Virus record (IMG/VR): IMGVR_UViG_3300035162_000505
Origin: an uncultured virus (IMG/VR IMGVR_UViG_3300035162_000505)
Lineage: Duplodnaviria; Heunggongvirae; Uroviricota; Caudoviricetes
DNA: 20,000 nucleotides
Reading direction: 5' to 3' (one strand)
Positions 7,019 through 14,306 of the stretch are shown here, in pieces. The notes beneath the pieces were generated by a model. That model had not been told where the DNA came from and ran no database searches. It saw only the letters and a list, made by a program, of their open reading frames with translations. The position numbers and the translations under genes were made by a program. The stretch's first letter is position 1. Every line of letters starts with the position of its first letter.

Positions 7019-7052
7019 AAAAAAGGAGAGACCATTTCTGATCCCCCCTTTT
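7019..7052 (-). terminator. Intrinsic terminator after the 7068..8189 ORF
   Basis: AAAAGGGGGGATC/GGTCTCTCCTTTT stem followed by a T run. Confidence 0.7.
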
Positions 7053-7067
7053 AAATTTAGTAGCCTA

Positions 7068-8189
7068 TCAATACTTGTTAATAGGAATAAGCTTATTGCC
7101 TTTTATATCATGTTTTCCAATGATCTGAGGAACAGCCCCTTTTATAACATACCAGTCTGGTGGTATTTCTGAGGGCGGTACTTTCATTATTGCTTCATAC
7201 ATACGCATAATAATCTTATCAAGCCGCCCTTGAAACCCTTTAATGGCTTTAGTAGCATCACCAGAATTATCACTCGTTGTAAACAAAATAATCTCAACAG
7301 GATCGTTATAATGCTGATTACACATATTAGGTAATATATCCCTTGTAAGACAACGTGCTGGATCATCGGGATAGTCTGCACATACAATCACACGTTTTGC
7401 CGCTGTCAGTTTAATATTAAACTGGTCCGAACAGATTTTTTGCCATGTTTCTCTACTGTGTGTTCTGGTCTGCAAAATATCATTATTATTTTGCATATCT
7501 ACTTTTTTCCAGCATTCGTTAATAATTCTCTGAAGCATTCCACCCCTATCAGAAAACACTTTTGGCGCAACAGATACATCTTTAACATAATCACTGATGG
7601 CCCGTTGGGTAGGTTTAAGATCTTTGCTTAATATAAGATCCATCACTTCGTTAACAAAAGTATTTTTGTTCTGTATAGTATGTGGGGGCATTACATTCGC
7701 CGCATTATAGTATGCTTTTCTTTGTAGAGCGGTTACACCTTCACACCACTCATAAATACCGCAACCAATCCATCTAGTACCTTCAACTGTTTTCTCATCA
7801 TGGTAAATTTTTGCGGAAGCTTCTATACGAATCCTGCCGTTGATTATGTTTTCAGTGCCTATCTCAAGTGCTGGTAAAGGTATTTTATTATTATAATCAT
7901 ATCCGCTAAGACACAGACTATTCACCATTTCATCAACTTCTTTTTCAGCTTTATCACGCTGTTTCGTGCCTTCTTGTGAAAACTTTTCTGAATCAGGCTT
8001 TATGGTTTTAAGGTCCAACCATTCGTTTCCTAACCATTTGGCAATGACTTTTCCATTTAATGTTAGGTCGTTCTGTTCATGGACTTTGTTTGAGAGATTA
8101 ATTTCTTTGCTCTCTGCAGTTTCTATGCAGTATATTTCTCTGATCTTTTTTGTTCTATTTTGTTCTAAGTCTATTATATTTTCAGTCAT
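7068..8189 (-). CDS. 373-aa hypothetical protein, possible ParB/Srx-like N-terminal motif
   Basis: Long ORF with its own promoter and terminator. IINGRIRIEA weakly resembles the ParB IDGxHR motif. Confidence 0.7.
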   Translation of the reverse strand: MTENIIDLEQNRTKKIREIYCIETAESKEINLSNKVHEQNDLTLNGKVIAKWLGNEWLDLKTIKPDSEKFSQEGTKQRDKAEKEVDEMVNSLCLSGYDYNNKIPLPALEIGTENIINGRIRIEASAKIYHDEKTVEGTRWIGCGIYEWCEGVTALQRKAYYNAANVMPPHTIQNKNTFVNEVMDLILSKDLKPTQRAISDYVKDVSVAPKVFSDRGGMLQRIINECWKKVDMQNNNDILQTRTHSRETWQKICSDQFNIKLTAAKRVIVCADYPDDPARCLTRDILPNMCNQHYNDPVEIILFTTSDNSGDATKAIKGFQGRLDKIIMRMYEAIMKVPPSEIPPDWYVIKGAVPQIIGKHDIKGNKLIPINKY

Positions 8190-8273
8190 ATCATTTTCTT
8201 TCCGTTAATTGCCTAGTTGCTTTAACTAAAGAGAGAAGGTTTAGAATCATTCTGTTATCTCTCTTATATGACT

Positions 8274-8302
8274 ATTATATCATAATATACCTTTTAAGTC
8301 AA
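8274..8302 (-). promoter_or_regulatory. Sigma70 promoter TTGACT-17-TATAAT (extended TG)
   Basis: Near-consensus boxes; a TGATTC lies downstream at 8244-8249. Confidence 0.75.
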
Positions 8303-8322
8303 CATCATCTTTTATGATGTAT

Positions 8323-8423
8323 ACTGTTTACTGCTACACACCTATCAACGCTTCCTCTCTCACCTAGCCTTATTGACATTGCTAGTTACGTTTGGTTGCT
8401 CCTTGTGTGTAGTAGTAAACAGT
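8323..8423 (-). ncRNA. Candidate ~100-nt structured small RNA (19-bp closing stem, internal loops, apical hairpin)
   Basis: ACTGTTTACTACTACACAC pairs with GTGTGTAGCAGTAAACAGT (18/19). Inner AACGT/GCGTT and CTAGC/GCTAG helices. No convincing ORF; lies directly downstream of promoter copy B. Confidence 0.55.
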
Positions 8424-8430
8424 CCTTATA

Positions 8431-8485
8431 ACGAATCACTCTTTGTTACTCTTATAGATTAGCACAAGTTTATCTTCAAGTCAAG
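8431..8485 (-). promoter_or_regulatory. 55-bp early promoter repeat, copy B (SD mutated to AAAGAG, no ATG)
   Basis: 52/55 identity to copy A. Confidence 0.85.
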
Positions 8486-8495
8486 TGCCTTTTTT

Positions 8496-8503
8496 TATAA
8501 ATA
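8496..8503 (+). promoter_or_regulatory. T4-type late promoter TATAAATA
   Basis: Exact consensus upstream of the plus-strand ORF at 8526. Confidence 0.75.
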
Positions 8504-8525
8504 GTAGTAATAAAAGGAATAATAA

Positions 8526-9002
8526 ATGATAGATCCATTTACAGCTATCGGTTTAGCCACTTCAGCATTTAAAGGAATCAAATCTGCTATAGATGCTGGG
8601 AAAGATCTGCAAGATATGACTTCCCAACTTGGACAGTGGGGAAAAGCTATAAGTGATTTAGATTTCTCACATAAAAAAGCAGAGAAGCCACCTTGGTGGA
8701 AAAAGATGGGTGGTGGCGTGGAGGCCAATGCCCTTGAAGTGTTCATGCATAAGAAAAAGGCAGACGATATGCGTGAAGAACTCCGGGAATATATATCGCT
8801 ATATTACGGACCATCGGCTTGGCGTGAAATCGTGCATACTGAAAAAGAGATGAGGAAGCACCAAAAAGCCACAGTACAAGCCGCTATAGAAAGAAGAGAA
8901 GCAATGATTAACGCTATAATCATTGGGGCTATAGTTCTGACTGCGATAGGTATGGCATCAGGCGGTATCTGGTATGTCGGATCAGTTAACGGGAAGTGGT
9001 AG
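8526..9002 (+). CDS. Late hypothetical protein, helical with a C-terminal TM helix
   Basis: AAGGA SD, late promoter, MIDPFTAIGLA N-terminus, hydrophobic C-terminus. Confidence 0.8.
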   Translation: MIDPFTAIGLATSAFKGIKSAIDAGKDLQDMTSQLGQWGKAISDLDFSHKKAEKPPWWKKMGGGVEANALEVFMHKKKADDMREELREYISLYYGPSAWREIVHTEKEMRKHQKATVQAAIERREAMINAIIIGAIVLTAIGMASGGIWYVGSVNGKW

Positions 9003-9261
9003 GACGTTTCGGAGTCATTACTTTTGTCCTATCAGTTCTCTTGTCTATCACATAAGAACCTTCTGGTAACTGCCATGCTTTCATTAAAGCAAGATACATC
9101 TCTGAAGTTAACGTGACAATCTCCCAATAGTTTATACTTTGGTTCCATTGTCTTATGTGGCAGTAATCATCATAGAGTAAGATGTTAACGTCTTCAAGTT
9201 CACCTGTGTTATCTAACAAGGTGATACAAGTCTCATCATCATCAAACTCTATGGTGAACAT
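8986..9261 (-). CDS. Hypothetical phage protein
   Basis: ORF track; TAATG coupling. Confidence 0.75.
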   Translation of the reverse strand: MFTIEFDDDETCITLLDNTGELEDVNILLYDDYCHIRQWNQSINYWEIVTLTSEMYLALMKAWQLPEGSYVIDKRTDRTKVMTPKRPTTSR

Positions 9262-9833
9262 TAAGACCTTGCCTCTTCTATAATCTTTCTTTGAGCGGCT
9301 AGTTTTGCTGTTTTATAATCCAACTGGATTGCTGGTGTTTCTTCAACATCACTAGGTTTAAATAAGAATGTAAGATCATCAAAGGGTATATGTGCTTCAA
9401 TACCATCTGGCACTCCGACTAGCCAAGGTTGTACCTCTTTAAAGGATATAATAGCAATCGAGTCTTGCTGGCCTATCATATAAAAGTCGGCTGGATTAGA
9501 TATCTCAACACCCTTATTTTTACCAAGACTGTTCTTTAGTTTAACTTTAACTATATTCTTAGGTTGCTTACCTATCTTAGTAAACATACCATCAGCAACA
9601 TATTTAAATTCTAAATCAAAGCCAGTGTTTAAATCAGTATGATCCCTGCCTACCAAATCAACATACTTTAATCTATTATCCGAATAGACTTCTATACTTT
9701 GTTCAATGATATCACTTTTATCAAATCTGTCTTTAGGCGAATTTAGTTGTGTGCCTAAGTTAAACACTAGACTTGAATAGTCTTTAAAATTAATTGCAGA
9801 ACGTAGATCGTTAGCATATTCTTTAGTATTCAT
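9261..9833 (-). CDS. Early protein, possible PD-(D/E)xK nuclease fold
   Basis: Start follows the repeat leader. E...GRDH..x8..LEFK fits a D-(x)n-ExK pattern. Confidence 0.6.
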   Translation of the reverse strand: MNTKEYANDLRSAINFKDYSSLVFNLGTQLNSPKDRFDKSDIIEQSIEVYSDNRLKYVDLVGRDHTDLNTGFDLEFKYVADGMFTKIGKQPKNIVKVKLKNSLGKNKGVEISNPADFYMIGQQDSIAIISFKEVQPWLVGVPDGIEAHIPFDDLTFLFKPSDVEETPAIQLDYKTAKLAAQRKIIEEARS

Positions 9834-9888
9834 ACGAATCACTCCTTCTTATACTTACAGACTAACATATGTTTATCTTTAAGTCAAG
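9834..9888 (-). promoter_or_regulatory. 55-bp early promoter/leader repeat, copy C (TTGACT-17-TAGTCT ... AAGGAGTGATTCGT-ATG)
   Basis: 46/55 identity to copy A, same length. Confidence 0.8.
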
Positions 9889-10276
9889 AACTAAGTATAA
9901 ACTTTTTTAAGTACGCTACTGCACATTCAACACCTTCTAGAGTGTCGCCAAATTTACCTAAACCATGATTACACGGTTCGCATATCCATCCCCTAAACTG
10001 TAGAGACTTATGGCAATGATCAACAACTAAGCCCTTTGATGGTATCTCACCACAGCAATCACAAGCAATCGTCTTGAGATGGGCAAAGCGTTCTTTAAAA
10101 CTTTTCCTGAGTTTATTTTGTTCTTTTACGCATTCCCTGCATCTATTGTCAAGTCTAGTTTTAAACTGCCTATGATAATTAAATGCTGATGTTGGTTTAT
10201 CGACAGAGCATACCTTACATATTTGATAGCCCACTCTACTATCATAATCGCCAGTTTTCAAAAATAATTCATTCAT
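9884..10276 (-). CDS. Endonuclease VII-family (His-Me) protein, probably a free-standing homing endonuclease
   Basis: CDCCG...LVVDHCH...FRGWICEPCNHGLGKFGD, plus N-terminal CKVC...CREC zinc motif. Confidence 0.85.
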   Translation of the reverse strand: MNELFLKTGDYDSRVGYQICKVCSVDKPTSAFNYHRQFKTRLDNRCRECVKEQNKLRKSFKERFAHLKTIACDCCGEIPSKGLVVDHCHKSLQFRGWICEPCNHGLGKFGDTLEGVECAVAYLKKFILSS

Positions 10277-10285
10277 ACTTTTATA

Positions 10286-10651
10286 TTATAGTCTCAAATC
10301 AACGAAGGCTTTCAAGTCTGGTGGTCTCCAACCATCAGGCTTAAGAACTTTGCCATCTTCACGCTTGCGAACCTTTCCAGTATCAGGATCTATCTTAGCA
10401 AAGTTAGTATCCATGACTTCTTTCCATGCACCTTCACCATTCATGTTACCAGCACGAATAGCACCAATAGTAACAACAAGAATATCTACAAGAGCATCTA
10501 GTTGTTCTATAGGATCTTTTGCTATCACTGCTTCTACAAGTTCACCATACTCTTCATCAATAAGACCAAGGTACATATCATAGTTCTCAGCACTAGGTGC
10601 TTGATCACAAGCACTTTGAAATACATCTATATCTTTAAACACATTACTCAT
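10286..10651 (-). CDS. MazG-like/PRA-PH nucleotide pyrophosphohydrolase
   Basis: LIDEEYGEL...EQLDALVDILVV, EVMDTNFAK, REDGKVLKP. Confidence 0.85.
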   Translation of the reverse strand: MSNVFKDIDVFQSACDQAPSAENYDMYLGLIDEEYGELVEAVIAKDPIEQLDALVDILVVTIGAIRAGNMNGEGAWKEVMDTNFAKIDPDTGKVRKREDGKVLKPDGWRPPDLKAFVDLRL

Positions 10652-10875
10652 CGGTGTGTCTCTTTCCATCGTTCTTTCATTCTATTCAAATACCAGATGG
10701 CCTTATCAATATCTTCAAGACCATTCTTTCTCTCGCACCTCCACATATATTTTAATACATTAGCGGCATGAGGTGCAATGGCTCCACTCATAGTCTTTGT
10801 CATAGCTTCCATCGCATCAATACACTCAATGTCACCTGTGGCATAATGAACAGGTGAGTTTACCATGTCTGTCAT
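10648..10875 (-). CDS. DUF3310-family protein
   Basis: DMVNSPVHY..GDIECID...NVLKY.WR...KNGLEDIDKAIWYL. Confidence 0.9.
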   Translation of the reverse strand: MTDMVNSPVHYATGDIECIDAMEAMTKTMSGAIAPHAANVLKYMWRCERKNGLEDIDKAIWYLNRMKERWKETHR

Positions 10876-11117
10876 AATAAGGTTCTTTCATACATTATAT
10901 TATCATCTAGTTTCTTTATCCCCATAGTCCAGTTTTCTGCGGCATCTTCAACATATCTTAGTGCTTTGTTTCTAAATTCTTCAAGGTGAAAATACGCAGA
11001 TGATTCGGCCCTATAGTACTTAATATACAACAATTCTTCTTTCATGTCAATATGTACTTCGCAATAATCTCCGTCTGTAGTATCTCCACAGTAGTATGTT
11101 GAAAGTTTTTTGCCCAT
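10872..11117 (-). CDS. Hypothetical T4-like phage protein
   Basis: ORF track; abuts both neighbours. Confidence 0.75.
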   Translation of the reverse strand: MGKKLSTYYCGDTTDGDYCEVHIDMKEELLYIKYYRAESSAYFHLEEFRNKALRYVEDAAENWTMGIKKLDDNIMYERTLL

Positions 11118-11816
11118 TTAAATCTCCGATTCTATGTCTTCTATGAGTTGATCTTTCATAGCCAAAATTTGCTCTTTCATATGTGGTTTATCCCACCATC
11201 TGAACAGAGCGCAAATAGTAATACGGGGTACGTTAGTGTATGCAGAGTGCCAACAATGATCTTCCTTTTCTTCGCCAAAGTGATAGCATCTGACTTGCCA
11301 ACCAGCAACATCAGGTATCTTAACTATCTCTTCTTTTTTCTTATCATAATATTGAAAGTATCCATCACCTTTTTCAGACCAAGAAAAGATAAACTGGTAG
11401 CCTGAGTTATTCTGATTAGTGTGCCAACCAACACCACCACCTTTAGGATAATATGTAAAAACAGCATCAGAGTTTGCACCTAAGTTTGCTATAAAATCTC
11501 CTTTAGCAAACTTAACAATTTCTTTAAAGGCACCGTGGTGATCTAGACCACGATCACTGTGTTGATCTAGAGGATGTGCATAATATTCTATTGGAAACCC
11601 TATATGTTCGGGGTCACTCATATGTTTTTTAAGATATTCCTCACTCACAAATTTTTCGTTAAGTTTTAAATCCTCTCTGTTATAAGGCATTTTACTATCG
11701 ACATACTCAAAATGACCACCAACATCATTTAACAGATTCATCTTAGGATATACTGCGTCCCTAACTTTCTCTAAGTCAGCCAAGATATCTTTATTTCTTA
11801 GTATCAGTTCTGTCAT
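11118..11816 (-). CDS. Putative Fe(II)-dependent oxygenase/cupin-fold protein (start MTELIL)
   Basis: YPKGGGVGWHTN...HCWHSA..PR motifs; GGAG SD before 11816. Confidence 0.65.
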   Translation of the reverse strand: MTELILRNKDILADLEKVRDAVYPKMNLLNDVGGHFEYVDSKMPYNREDLKLNEKFVSEEYLKKHMSDPEHIGFPIEYYAHPLDQHSDRGLDHHGAFKEIVKFAKGDFIANLGANSDAVFTYYPKGGGVGWHTNQNNSGYQFIFSWSEKGDGYFQYYDKKKEEIVKIPDVAGWQVRCYHFGEEKEDHCWHSAYTNVPRITICALFRWWDKPHMKEQILAMKDQLIEDIESEI

Positions 11817-12495
11817 TACTAAACTCCAAGATTTGTGGGTATATTTTAGATAAGGCTTTGGCAATCTCAACAGCAATATCTTGATGCTCTTGCTGTGTGC
11901 CATTAGCAGATCTTAGTTCGATATAATGTATCCAACTACGAATAGTTCCATTCACATACATCTTAGAGACGGTATTACCTTCTGGTAAGATTACCCTTGC
12001 TTGCTCCTTGGCAATACCTTTGTCTCTTGCTTCTTTATATATCCTACCAACGTGTTCAATAATAAACTTCTGTTGAGCATCCCACCAAGCATCTAGTGCT
12101 ACATCATCATTTGGAATACTATTCTGTCTATTGGTTTCGTCTTGTAGACGTGCCTCACGAACAACAAACGCACTATCCATATCACTAGGATCTGCGTAAC
12201 GTTGTGAGAACTCTTGAAATGAGAATGAACGATGCCTTAGAAACTGTCTGGCAATGTCACGTGTTGTTTCAACTTCAAGACAAGCAGAGGCCATTTCGAA
12301 TGGAGACCAATGCTTGTGCTTCATCAGATAACCTAATAGTTTCTGTGTGGTTTTTGTGTTTGCTTGGTTACTAGGGTTGGATACTCTAGCACAGTATGCT
12401 ATAAGATCTTGGATATTCTCCAAGCCTCTTACACCGGATTCTCCAGCATGAACATGACGCACTGGCTGAGAGTGAGATAGTAACTTAACTTTCAT
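11791..12495 (-). CDS. thyX: Flavin-dependent thymidylate synthase
   Basis: HWSPFE and RQFLRHRSFSFQEFSQRY (RHRx7SxR) motifs; AKEQARVILP. Confidence 0.95.
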   Translation of the reverse strand: MKVKLLSHSQPVRHVHAGESGVRGLENIQDLIAYCARVSNPSNQANTKTTQKLLGYLMKHKHWSPFEMASACLEVETTRDIARQFLRHRSFSFQEFSQRYADPSDMDSAFVVREARLQDETNRQNSIPNDDVALDAWWDAQQKFIIEHVGRIYKEARDKGIAKEQARVILPEGNTVSKMYVNGTIRSWIHYIELRSANGTQQEHQDIAVEIAKALSKIYPQILEFSNDRTDTKK

Positions 12496-12617
12496 TACCC
12501 TTGGCCTCTATACTTTTTATAGTTGCGTCTCTTGTCTTTGTTCATAGAAGAGGTTTTAACATTACCTTTGCCTACACTTGTCTTCTTCTTATTTGTTATG
12601 CCTTTAACTGCCATCAT
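12495..12617 (-). CDS. 40-aa very basic peptide (MMAVKGITNKKKTSVGKGNVKTSSMNKDKRRNYKKYRGQG)
   Basis: Translated by hand. GGAG SD; abuts the gene 41 stop and overlaps the thyX start (TAATG). The YRGQG terminus is typical of small T4-like marine phage ORFs. Confidence 0.7.
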   Translation of the reverse strand: MMAVKGITNKKKTSVGKGNVKTSSMNKDKRRNYKKYRGQG

Positions 12618-13991
12618 TTACTCCATTTTAAAATCTTTAAATCGTTCTGCCGTATCAGACTTATCGAAGGTAGGCGTGTCATCTATCAAGTTACCTAGAG
12701 CATCATCTACATCAAACAGTTTCATTCTAGATCTATCGACACCAACCACAAACCTCTTATTAGCACTAGGATCGTTATATCTATTCTTAAGTTGTTTGAT
12801 CATAATCTGTCCAAGTGCTTCTAGTTCTTCACTTGAAATCAAAGCAAACATCAAGTCGGCTGTAGCGGGTAATCCAAAAGACTCACTCGTATCTTCAAGC
12901 CCAACATCTGAGTTACCATAACCACTACGAGTCGTTTGCGTTGCAGTGACAATCGGAACTTCGAACTCGACTGCGAGTCCACGTAGTTCTTCCGCAATAG
13001 ATTTGATATAAGTGTACGAATTGATTGATCCCCCCATGCCCTTCATTCGACTAGATGCACATATGTTGAGATAGTCTATAAAGATCATCTCAGGTATAAA
13101 GTCTTTCTTTAGTTTAAGTTCATTCAGTAATGCTCTAAAGTGACCCGTGTGCGCTGAACCAGTTGGGTATTCCTTAACAATAAGTTTACCATTATTCTTA
13201 CCCGCAATGTTGTGAACCTTATCGGTTAACATCTCTTTTGATAGCGTCTCTAATTGATCAAGCGGTATGTCTAAAAGGTTTGCGTCTATACGTTCAGCAA
13301 TACGTTCCTCTGCCATTTCCATTGTAATATATAGCACATTTCTACCTTGGGTCATAGCGTTAGCCGCCACGTGACACATGAATAATGATTTACCCACACC
13401 AGTGCCAGCAAGTGCCACGTTCAGTGTTTTGTTAGGTAGACCACCTTTGGTAATTCTATTCATATATTCAAGATCAAATGGAATGCGTTCTTCTTGAGCA
13501 TGATAGAAGTCATAACGTTCTGACACATTGTCAACATAATCGTGACCAATATTCGCATCAAAAGAAACTGCCAAGGCTTTGGTCAATAGATCAGGGAGAG
13601 CGTTCTTAGTAAGATCTCTGTGCTTACCATCAATAATGGAGATAGACTCCATAATAGCATTATGTATTGCTCTATCTTGACACCACCTCTCAGTAGTGTC
13701 CTCTAACCACTTGTCATTTGCCTTGACAGTTTCTTTATCGAATATGTTTGGAAGTATCTCAAGTACGGCTGTATATTGATCGTCTGTGAACTTTTCACTC
13801 AGATCTATCTCAATCTTAAAAGCCTCTTGAGTTGGTAGCTTGTTATACTTGGCTACATACTTCGCAATCTGATTAAATATTTGATTGTAGACTCCTTGAA
13901 AGTATTCTGGTTTCACAAAGGGAAGAACCTTACGCATATAAGGTTCATCGATTAATAGGTGTCTTAATATGACTTGTTCTACATTGCTCAT
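12618..13991 (-). CDS. 41: T4-like replicative DNA helicase gp41
   Basis: AGTGVGKS Walker A, YITMEMAEE, IVKEYPT, IFIDYLNI, SESFGLPATAD, KQLKNRY. Confidence 0.95.
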   Translation of the reverse strand: MSNVEQVILRHLLIDEPYMRKVLPFVKPEYFQGVYNQIFNQIAKYVAKYNKLPTQEAFKIEIDLSEKFTDDQYTAVLEILPNIFDKETVKANDKWLEDTTERWCQDRAIHNAIMESISIIDGKHRDLTKNALPDLLTKALAVSFDANIGHDYVDNVSERYDFYHAQEERIPFDLEYMNRITKGGLPNKTLNVALAGTGVGKSLFMCHVAANAMTQGRNVLYITMEMAEERIAERIDANLLDIPLDQLETLSKEMLTDKVHNIAGKNNGKLIVKEYPTGSAHTGHFRALLNELKLKKDFIPEMIFIDYLNICASSRMKGMGGSINSYTYIKSIAEELRGLAVEFEVPIVTATQTTRSGYGNSDVGLEDTSESFGLPATADLMFALISSEELEALGQIMIKQLKNRYNDPSANKRFVVGVDRSRMKLFDVDDALGNLIDDTPTFDKSDTAERFKDFKME

Positions 13992-14009
13992 TTTATTATT
14001 ATACCATAA

Positions 14010-14306
14010 TCATTTAGGAGACACAACCCCTTCAGCGTCTTTTTCTACTCGTTCAGCCTGTTGTTCTAGGATATCATACAAGATATCTCCAGTAGTATGA
14101 TGCCAATCAAGATCATCATGAGCAATCCAATCATCACCAAGCCCCCCTGATATTACTGTAGATGTAAACTTTATAGTCTCGCCATCTTCTGCAACCCTTA
14201 GTTCACCAAAGTTAAAAACAGTTTCTACATATTTTCCTGTTTTAATTCTAATATTCCAGTGATCGTTATCACCGGGGGTTAGTTCATAATCTTCATTTTG
14301 TTTCAT
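14010..14306 (-). CDS. Acidic hypothetical protein at the syntenic position of T4 gene 40
   Basis: ORF between uvsX and 41; homology not verified. Confidence 0.7.
   Translation of the reverse strand: MKQNEDYELTPGDNDHWNIRIKTGKYVETVFNFGELRVAEDGETIKFTSTVISGGLGDDWIAHDDLDWHHTTGDILYDILEQQAERVEKDAEGVVSPK

Noticed and set aside
8373..8378. Plus-strand TTGACA as a promoter -35
   Set aside because: There is no -10-like hexamer at 16-18 nt spacing; it lies in the apical loop of the hairpin.
5918..9888. 55-bp repeats as a CRISPR array or IS ends
   Set aside because: Copies are 1-1.5 kb apart, contain -35/-10/SD elements, and there is no cas gene or transposase.
11817..11903. Longer start for the 11118 ORF
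   Set aside because: It overlaps thyX deeply; the SD supports the ATG at 11816.
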